This document shows, in pieces, positions 57,065 to 64,000 of a stretch of DNA of 64,000 bases. The DNA is from an uncultured Chloroflexia bacterium (lineage in GTDB: Bacteria; Chloroflexota; Limnocylindria; Limnocylindrales; CSP1-4). A program made the translations under genes and the position numbers. A model generated the notes under the pieces. It was not told the origin of the DNA, made no database searches, and saw only the letters and a list, made by a program, of their open reading frames with translations. Each line of letters begins with the position of its first letter. The first letter of the stretch is position 1. The stretch lies in contig CAVPPB010000004.1 of NCBI GenBank assembly GCA_963707215.1, forward strand, positions 45,586-109,585. Direction: 5' to 3'.

Positions 57065-58255
57065 GGGCCGCCGTCGGCGGCAACGACGTCACGCTCCGCA
57101 CGCTCCGCCTCCAGGACCTTCGGACCTACGGCTCGCTCGACACGTCCTTCGGTCCGGGCCCACAGCTGATCTGGGGTCCGAATGGCTCCGGGAAGACGAG
57201 CCTGCTGGAGGCGATCGGTCTGCTCGCTCGAGGCTCCTCGCACCGCACGGCAGCCGACGGCGAGCTCGTCCGCTGGGGAGCCGACGTGGCTCGAGCCGAA
57301 GGGGTTCTCAGCGGCCCCGCCGATGGTCCGCGAGGTGACGGTCGACGTCGTCATCGCCCGGGCCGGGACCGGGGCTCGCAAGCGGATCCGGGTCAACGGC
57401 GTGGGACGGCGGGCCTCGGCCCTCTCGGCCAGTCTCCGGGTCGTCCTCTTCGCCCCCGAGGACATGCTCCTGGTCGCCGGACCCCCGTCGCTTCGTCGAG
57501 CCGCCATCGACGGTCTCGCAGCCCAGCATTCGCCCGCGTACGCGGCCGACCTGGCGACGTACGGCAGGGCGCTGGCCCAGCGCAATCGCCTGCTGCGGAC
57601 GATCCGCGAGGAAGGGGCGGACCGGGCCGATCTCCCGTACTGGGACGCCCCGCTGATCGAGGCAGGGTCCGCGCTCGTCGCCGAGCGCCTCCGGCTGCTC
57701 GCCGGGCTCGCCGACCCGCTCTCGGTCACCCACGCGGAGATCGCCCCGGAAGAGGCTACGACCGCTCGGCTGACGGTGGCGTACCGATCGAATGTCGATT
57801 ACGAGCCCGGGGCGACGATCCGGGACGCCCTCGCCCGACGACTCGCCGAGACGGCCGAGAAGGAGATCTGGAACGGCACCACCCTGGTCGGGCCGCATCG
57901 CGACGACCTGGGCTTCTCGCTGGACGGCCGCGACCTGGCCGACTTCGGGTCACGCGGCCAGCAGCGGACGGCCATCCTTGCCTTCAAGCTGGCCGAGCTC
58001 GACCTCCTGGCCGCCCGCGATGGGCGCCAGCCGCTGCTGCTCCTCGACGACGTCTTCAGCGAGCTGGACCCCGACCGACGCGCTCACCTCGTCCGGAGGA
58101 TCGCCTCGCTGCCCCAGGCATTCGTCACCACGACCACCCCCGACGACCTCGATCCCTCCCTGGTCGCCGCATCGACAGGCTGGCACGTCGGGGCAGACGG
58201 CCGATCGGACGCTCGGCTCGAGCCCGTCGGCCGGACACCGGGAGCGCCGGGTTGA
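57061..58255 (+). CDS. recF: RecF (apparent indel near 57320; start codon unclear)
   Basis: GPNGSGKTSLLEAI in the first frame; GPHRDDL, SRGQQR, LLLDDVFSELD in the second frame. Confidence 0.9.
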
Positions 58256-58566
58256 ACCGCCGCCGTCCGATGGAGCGGATCGGTGACCTGCTCGATCACA
58301 CCGCCCGCCACCTGGGGCTCGAGCGTGAACTGCGACAGGCCCGAGCGGTGGGGACCTGGGATGCCGTCGTCTCCGAGCACGCCCCGGCGGCAGCCGGGTC
58401 GTGTCGCCTGGTGGCCGTCGAAGGGGACACCCTGGTGGTCGACGCCGATGCCCCGATCGTCGCCCAGGAGCTGCGGCTGCGGAGCCCCGAGCTGCTGGCG
58501 GCGATGCAGACCGCTCCCGGCGGGCTTCGGGCGCGTGAGATCCGGGTCCGGGTCCGCCGCGTATAA
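58252..58566 (+). CDS. DUF721 / DciA-family protein
   Basis: WDAVV, GDTLVV, AQELRL; located after recF; TTG overlaps the recF stop (or ATG at 58270). Confidence 0.8.
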   Translation: MNRRRPMERIGDLLDHTARHLGLERELRQARAVGTWDAVVSEHAPAAAGSCRLVAVEGDTLVVDADAPIVAQELRLRSPELLAAMQTAPGGLRAREIRVRVRRV

Positions 58567-58662
58567 TCCACCGGCCTGCCAGCCGATGCCGGCACGGGTA
58601 CCCGTGCGCTGCACCGACGCCCCCGCCCCCGCCGCTCGACGGCGCCGATCGCGAGACGCTGC

Positions 58663-60897
58663 ATGGCCCAACGACTCATCCTGAAGGTCGGGTACCTCCC
58701 CGACGCCGACCGCTCCCCGGACTCCCCGGACGCGGTCGTCGTCGTCGAGCCGACCGTGGGCGCGGTCGCCCGGACCAAGGGCAGCCTCTACCTCATCGTG
58801 GTCTCGCGAGCCCCCGGACCGCGGATGCGGGAGACGACCCGCGCCCTGGCCGAGGCGATCCGCGACGACTACTACTACGACGAGTCGGCCGGCGTGAAGG
58901 CCTGCCTCGAGCGGGCCATGATCGCGGCGAACAAGCGGCTCTGGCACGAGCGCGACCGTCTCGGCATGGCCCCGGACGACACCTCGGGACCGATCGGGAT
59001 CGCCCTCGCGGTGGCCCGCGGCGAGGAGCTGTACGTCGGCACCGTTGGGCCGGCCGAAGCGTTCCTGGTCCGCGGGGCCCGCCTCTCCACCCTCCCGGAC
59101 CCGGACCGCGATCGCGGGCTGCCGTCCCCGAACGTGGTCCCGGACGTCTGGCGAGGCGAGCTCTCGATCGGCGACTCGCTCGTCCTGGCGACGTCCGAGC
59201 TCGTCGGGATCGTGGGGCCCGACGGTCTCCAGGAAGCGGCAGTGACGCTCCATCCGCAGCCCGCGGCCGAGGAGCTGGCCCGACGATCCGCCGCCGCAGG
59301 GGGCAAGGGGGCCGGCTCGGTGATCCTCATCGAGGCGAGCGAGGCATCGGCCACCCAGGCCCAGCGGACCCTCGTCCCGGTCCGGGCCCCGGAGCCGCTC
59401 GCTGGCGCACCGGACCGCTCACCGATCCCCTTGGCCGACAGCGTCGAGGACGGCGTGGCGGCGGTCTCCGCATCGGCTCGTCAGGCTCGTGACGCGGCCG
59501 GTGGGCTTGCGGGCCGCGGCCTCCGCGCCCTCCAGGACCGGCTCCCCATGCGCTCGCCGGTCTATCGCCGGGTGACGCCGACCAGCGTCCGCCAGGAGTC
59601 CCAGCGCCGCGCCGCGGTCGCCCTGATCGCGCTCGTCGCCGTCGCCGGCAGCCTCGGACTGGCCGTGTGGCTGGCGGGCGGGAGCGGCCCGCGCGACTCC
59701 GTCGCCTCGCTCACGGCGGGCCAGCGCGCCCTGGAGGCCGCCCGTGGCGCTATCGACGAAGTCTGGGCCCCGGGCGTCGACCTGGTCGACGACGACCCGG
59801 GACGCGCCAGGGACCTCCTCGAGGAAGCCCTGGGGAATCTGGACGAGGCCGAGACCGCGGGCGTGCCCGGCGGCACGGTCGCCCCGCTCCGCACCAAGGT
59901 CGTCGCCGGTCTCGACGAACTCTTCGGCGTCGTCGAGGTTCGAGCGGAGACCCGCTTCACCTTCCCGGCCGATCTCGACCCGCAGCCCGACCTGGCCGCC
60001 CTGATCCGCGGTCCGGACGGCCGGGCCTTCGTGATCGACGACGCCTCCGGCACGGTCTACCGGATCGACCCGGCGACCGACACCGCCCAGGCGATCCTGG
60101 TCGCCGGCGCCGAAGCAGCCGGGACGACGGTCGGTCGGCCGCGACTCCTGGCCGTCGGCGGCCCCGACCTGCTGATCCTCGACGACCAGAACGTGCTGTG
60201 GCGCTGGCGCCCGGCCGATGACACCGGCAAGGGCACTATCGCCACGATCCGGGTTCGCGAGTCTGCCAGCTGGGGCGACGACATCCTGGCTATCGACACG
60301 TTCTGCCGAAGCTCCGACTGCGCGCTCTACTACCTCTACGTCGTCGACCCGTCGGAACAGCAGATCCTGCGCTACTCGCCGGCGGCCGACGGCAGCGGCT
60401 ACCAGGGCCTGCCCGACCCGTGGCTGGTGACCGAGCGGGACGTCGGTGGCGTCACCGACGTGTACATCGACGGCGACCTCTTCGCGGCCGACACAGGGAC
60501 CATCGAGCGCTACACCGGCGGACGCGCCGGCGGCTGGGACCCGGACGACCTCGAGGACGCCGTCCTGCGGCCCGACCCCGTCTACCGCCTGATCGCCTCT
60601 GCGGCGTCGCGCGGGCAGGGGCTCCTCTACGCCTTCGACGAGGAGCACGACCGCGTCGTCGCCCTCGACAAGGGCGACGGGTCCTACATCGAGCAGTACC
60701 GCCTGGGGCCGCGCGACGACGGTTGGTCGGAGCTTCGCGGGATGTACGTGGTGCCCGGCGTGGACGACGCCCCCGACAGCCTGGTCTGGATCGAGGCCGG
60801 CCAGTTGCGCAGCGCCCCCCTGGAGGCCACCGGGACCCGCCCGGCCTCGCCGAGCCCGTCGCCCTCACCATCGCCGAGCCCGTCGCCTTCACCCTGA
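58663..60897 (+). CDS. Single-pass membrane protein: degenerate PP2C-like N-domain, TM, probable beta-propeller, (SP)n tail
   Basis: LERAMIAANKRL, LYVGTVGPAEAFLVRG, GDSLVLAT; TM AAVALIALVAVAGSLGLAVWL; repeated beta-strand/D motifs. Confidence 0.7.
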   Translation: MAQRLILKVGYLPDADRSPDSPDAVVVVEPTVGAVARTKGSLYLIVVSRAPGPRMRETTRALAEAIRDDYYYDESAGVKACLERAMIAANKRLWHERDRLGMAPDDTSGPIGIALAVARGEELYVGTVGPAEAFLVRGARLSTLPDPDRDRGLPSPNVVPDVWRGELSIGDSLVLATSELVGIVGPDGLQEAAVTLHPQPAAEELARRSAAAGGKGAGSVILIEASEASATQAQRTLVPVRAPEPLAGAPDRSPIPLADSVEDGVAAVSASARQARDAAGGLAGRGLRALQDRLPMRSPVYRRVTPTSVRQESQRRAAVALIALVAVAGSLGLAVWLAGGSGPRDSVASLTAGQRALEAARGAIDEVWAPGVDLVDDDPGRARDLLEEALGNLDEAETAGVPGGTVAPLRTKVVAGLDELFGVVEVRAETRFTFPADLDPQPDLAALIRGPDGRAFVIDDASGTVYRIDPATDTAQAILVAGAEAAGTTVGRPRLLAVGGPDLLILDDQNVLWRWRPADDTGKGTIATIRVRESASWGDDILAIDTFCRSSDCALYYLYVVDPSEQQILRYSPAADGSGYQGLPDPWLVTERDVGGVTDVYIDGDLFAADTGTIERYTGGRAGGWDPDDLEDAVLRPDPVYRLIASAASRGQGLLYAFDEEHDRVVALDKGDGSYIEQYRLGPRDDGWSELRGMYVVPGVDDAPDSLVWIEAGQLRSAPLEATGTRPASPSPSPSPSPSPSPSP

Positions 60898-60944
60898 CCG
60901 GACCGGCAACGTGACCCCGGCCCGCATCGTGGGATAATCGACCC

Positions 60945-61470
60945 ATGGCCGGTGAGCTGGTCGAGATGGTCGTCGAGAGCGTGCGGGTGCACATGTCCTC
61001 GAGCCGCCACGTCGTCATCCTCAAGGACACCGATCGCGAGCGCTACCTGCCGATCTGGGTCGGCCCGTGGGAGGCCAACGCGATCGCCCTCCGCCTGCAG
61101 GGGCAGACGCCGGAGCGCCCGATGACGCACGACCTGTTCGCCTCGACGCTCGAGGAGCTCGGCGCACGGGTCGAGCAGGGTCGTCATCACCGAGCTGGCC
61201 GACGAGACGTTCTTCGCCAGGGTCCACCTCGAGGATGCGGGACGAGCGGCGCAGGTGGACGCCAGGCCGTCCGACGCCCTGGCGCTGGCGGTCCGCGTGG
61301 GTGCCCGCATCTACGCCGACGAGACGGTCCTCGACCAGGCCGCCTGGGCGCCCGGAGAAGGCGAGGGCAGCCCCCCTTCCGAGGAGACCGGCGAGGTCGT
61401 CCCGGACGAGCGCCTCGGCGTCTTCCGGGACTTCGTCAACTCGCTCGACATCGACCTCGGCGGCCGCTGA
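60945..61470 (+). CDS. Bifunctional nuclease (DUF151) family (apparent indel near 61178)
   Basis: LPIWVGPWEA, RPMTHDL, then DARPSDALALA. Confidence 0.88.
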
Positions 61471-61534
61471 GGTCGTTCCGCCCGCTGCCGGGTCGGCGGC
61501 CGCGGAACAGCGCCCCGGACGACCGTGATCGCGG

Positions 61535-62308
61535 TCAGGTCTCGTCGGCGAGGATGGGCGCCCCCCGTCGGAGGGCTTGCCGGCGGTCGGCCCACATGCG
61601 AAGTCGGAGGGACCAGAAGTCCTTGACGGCCCGCCAGATGACCGAGGGCTTCGCACCCGTCGGTGAGCCGGCGACCCGCGGATGGTGGGGGATGCCGACC
61701 TCGACGATGCTCCGGCCGGATGCCTCGAGCTTGATCAGCAGCTCGGCCGAGAAGAAGGCCCCTCCGGACTCGACCGAGATGCCCCCGAGCGCCTCCCGCC
61801 GGAAGAGCTTGCAGGCGCAATCGATGTCGCGGACTCGGAGCCCGAAGAAGACCCGGTTGGCCAGCCGGTACAGGCGGGCGTAGAGCGTCCGGATCGGCGG
61901 ATCGGCCCGCCGGATCCGGTAGCCCGCCACGACGTCGGGTCGGTCGGCCCCGTGGTGGCGGTCGAGGAGCCGGCCGAGGTCGACGACCCGGAACTGGCGG
62001 TCGCCGTCGGTGAACGCGACGAGCTCGTAGCGAGCGGCCCGGAAGCCCGATCGCAGGGCCGCCCCATAGCCGAGGTTCGTCGGGTGGTGAACGACCCGGA
62101 CGACGCCCGGGTGCGTAGCGGCCAGCCGGTCGGCGATCGCCGGGGTCCCGTCGCGGGAGCCGTCGTCCACGGCGATGATCTCGAACCGGTCGGCCAGGGT
62201 CGGCAGGGCGGCCAGGGCTTCGTCGACAAGCGCCTCGATGTTGTCGGCCTCGTTGTGAGCGGGGAAGAAGTAGGTCAGGCGGTCCACCGGGCGTCGCTGC
62301 TCGCTCAT
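61535..62308 (-). CDS. GT2 glycosyltransferase (polyprenol-phosphate glycosyltransferase-like)
   Basis: FPAHNE, VDDGSRD, NLGYGAALRSG, TDGDRQF, DIDCACKL. Confidence 0.9.
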   Translation of the reverse strand: MSEQRRPVDRLTYFFPAHNEADNIEALVDEALAALPTLADRFEIIAVDDGSRDGTPAIADRLAATHPGVVRVVHHPTNLGYGAALRSGFRAARYELVAFTDGDRQFRVVDLGRLLDRHHGADRPDVVAGYRIRRADPPIRTLYARLYRLANRVFFGLRVRDIDCACKLFRREALGGISVESGGAFFSAELLIKLEASGRSIVEVGIPHHPRVAGSPTGAKPSVIWRAVKDFWSLRLRMWADRRQALRRGAPILADET

Positions 62309-63879
62309 GACGGCTCCCTCGGCCCGAGGATCCGGGTCAGGCTCTGGCCCATCGGCATCGGGATGCTCTCCAGGCGGTAGCGCCGGACCAGCCCAGCGAG
62401 GTCGGTCGGCTCGACCCGGACCGCGTAGACGGGGTGGCTGCCGAGCTCCGCGTCGATCACGTCGTAGATGCTCCCCAGACCCTCGTCGAGTCGGGTCCGG
62501 TCGTCCACGACCCGGACGCCGGGGATCCGGCCCTCGACGTGCTGTGCGTACCATAGCGGGGTCGAGTAGCTCCACCAGCTCACCACGACGGCATCGGGCT
62601 CCAGGACCTCGAGCGCGCCCTCCAGCCACGCCCGCCCGACGATGTCGTCGCCGGCGTCCACCCGACCGTGCCGGGCCGGCAGGCCGAGCAGCGTCGGCAG
62701 GACCAGGATCGCAGCGGCCACCACGGCTCCGACCAGCCCGATCACGCGGTGGCGGCCGCCCCGATCCCCGGACCCGAGCGCCGACCCGAGCAGCTCGAGC
62801 GCGACCGCGACCCCGATCGCCAGCCAGGTCCAGGCGAAGACCGCCGGCCCCAGGTAGTAGCGCCCGATGTCGGCGTTCTCGTACGACGCGGCGAAGAGCC
62901 AGGTCAGGAGCGCCGCCGGGACCGTGAGGACGGCGTAGGCCGGCCGCCGGATCGCGGTCGCCAGGGCCGCTGGAGCGAGCAGCGCCGCCAGCGGCCCGAG
63001 CTGGCCGCCGAGGAAGCCCCCGAGCTCGTCCAGGAGCCGGCCCGGGTCAGCCAGCGGCGACGTGAACGCCCCGCCGAACTGGACGCCGAGGACGACGTAC
63101 CAGAAGCCCGCGAACGTCTCCGGCGCGCCGTAGACCAGCGGGGCGCGGAGGGGGCCGGCCCGGATCGGCAGCTCGAGGTAGAGGAGCGCGGCCACGGCCA
63201 ACGCCACGAGGGGCAGCCCGGCGAGGAAGCGCGGCCGACGGAGGATCGACCGGTCCACCAGCGCCACGTATGCGGCGACGCCCGGCAGGACGAACAGGAT
63301 CAGGCGATGGTTGGCGAGGCCGACCCCGATCACGATGGCCGCGGCCACGAGCCAGCGGGTCGCCGTCGGCGATCCTTCCCCGACCCGCCGGCCCCACTCC
63401 ACGAGGAGCGCCACCAGCAGGGCGACGAGCGCCAGGTGCAACGCGTGGACGTCTGCCCGGGTGCCGATCCTCCAGGCGATCGGCGTGGCGACGAGTCCGA
63501 GCCCGGCCGCAAGACCGAGGGGCCATCGGTCGGTGAGGCGACCCGCGGCGATGGACGTGGCGGCCCCGGCGACCCCCAGCAGGGTCGCCGAGAGGACGTT
63601 CATCCGGAGGGCCGGCTCGCCGACAGGCCCAAGAACGTTCGAGGCGAGCCAGCCGAGGATCACCCAGGCCGGGAACCCCGTCGGGTGCGCCGTGCCGAGC
63701 ACCGGCCCGACGGTCTGGAGCTCACCCGTATCCCACAGGCCCAGGCCGGGCATGAGTGCCCAGAGGCCCAGGGCCAGGCCGACGACCCCGACGACCGCCG
63801 CGGCCGCCAGCAGCAGGTCGCCACGAGCCGCGAAGTCGCGCTGCCCGTGTCCGGCCGGGGCCGCCGACTCGTCGATCAC
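62305..63879 (-). CDS. DUF2723 / TMEM260-like multi-TM (GT-C) protein
   Basis: WDTGELQ...LGTAHPTGFP N-terminal motif, NH motif, many TM helices; GTG overlaps the upstream stop. Confidence 0.8.
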   Translation of the reverse strand: MIDESAAPAGHGQRDFAARGDLLLAAAAVVGVVGLALGLWALMPGLGLWDTGELQTVGPVLGTAHPTGFPAWVILGWLASNVLGPVGEPALRMNVLSATLLGVAGAATSIAAGRLTDRWPLGLAAGLGLVATPIAWRIGTRADVHALHLALVALLVALLVEWGRRVGEGSPTATRWLVAAAIVIGVGLANHRLILFVLPGVAAYVALVDRSILRRPRFLAGLPLVALAVAALLYLELPIRAGPLRAPLVYGAPETFAGFWYVVLGVQFGGAFTSPLADPGRLLDELGGFLGGQLGPLAALLAPAALATAIRRPAYAVLTVPAALLTWLFAASYENADIGRYYLGPAVFAWTWLAIGVAVALELLGSALGSGDRGGRHRVIGLVGAVVAAAILVLPTLLGLPARHGRVDAGDDIVGRAWLEGALEVLEPDAVVVSWWSYSTPLWYAQHVEGRIPGVRVVDDRTRLDEGLGSIYDVIDAELGSHPVYAVRVEPTDLAGLVRRYRLESIPMPMGQSLTRILGPREPS

Positions 63880-64000
63880 CAACCGAGGATCCCGCCCCAG
63901 GCGACGCCCCATGCGTTGACGGCGATCGACACGCTCACCGCGACGACGATCGCCACGGCCCAGCGCCGACCCCGCAGCCGCTCCATGCCGAGGGCGACCA
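63876..64000 (-). CDS. C-terminal fragment of a membrane protein (starts beyond the window)
   Basis: ...VALGMERLRGRRWAVAIVVAVSVSIAVNAWGVAWGGILGW*, GTGA-coupled to the DUF2723 gene. Confidence 0.55.
   Translation of the reverse strand, partial: VALGMERLRGRRWAVAIVVAVSVSIAVNAWGVAWGGILGW

Overview
A very GC-rich (roughly 70%+) bacterial core-genome region spanning the replication origin. Gene content and the tmRNA tag (GNRQPALALAA) suggest Chloroflexota, but this is an inference. In order it holds: the start of the atp operon, a WecA/TagO-like gene, glyA, prmC-prfA, rpmE, rpmA-rplU, a CBS plus two-antiporter module, mreD-mrdA-rodA, a parS site, parA-parB-gyrB-thioesterase-AlkD-like-gyrA-prs, a sugar-dehydrogenase-family protein with three 300-bp CWB2 repeats, secA, prfB (programmed +1 frameshift), ftsEX-ctpA, smpB, tmRNA, VanW, jag-yidC-yidD-rnpA-rpmH, dnaA-oriC-dnaN-recF-DUF721, and a GT2/DUF2723 glycosylation locus. 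At least nine genes carry apparent small indels, so the sequence probably has uncorrected errors and some fusions in the ORF track (e.g. ParA-ParB) are artefacts. The most unusual elements are: (1) between smpB and ssrA, a urease-like enzyme with a beta-alpha fusion, intact metal ligands, a remodelled substrate pocket and no accessory genes, next to a Ser/Cys proline-racemase-family gene; (2) a self-contained promoter, 13-nt Shine-Dalgarno, 16-codon ORF and hairpin unit just upstream of smpB; (3) a 74-aa protein with two CxxxCxxC motifs heading the prfB transcript. No mobile elements, CRISPR arrays, rRNA or tRNA genes were seen.
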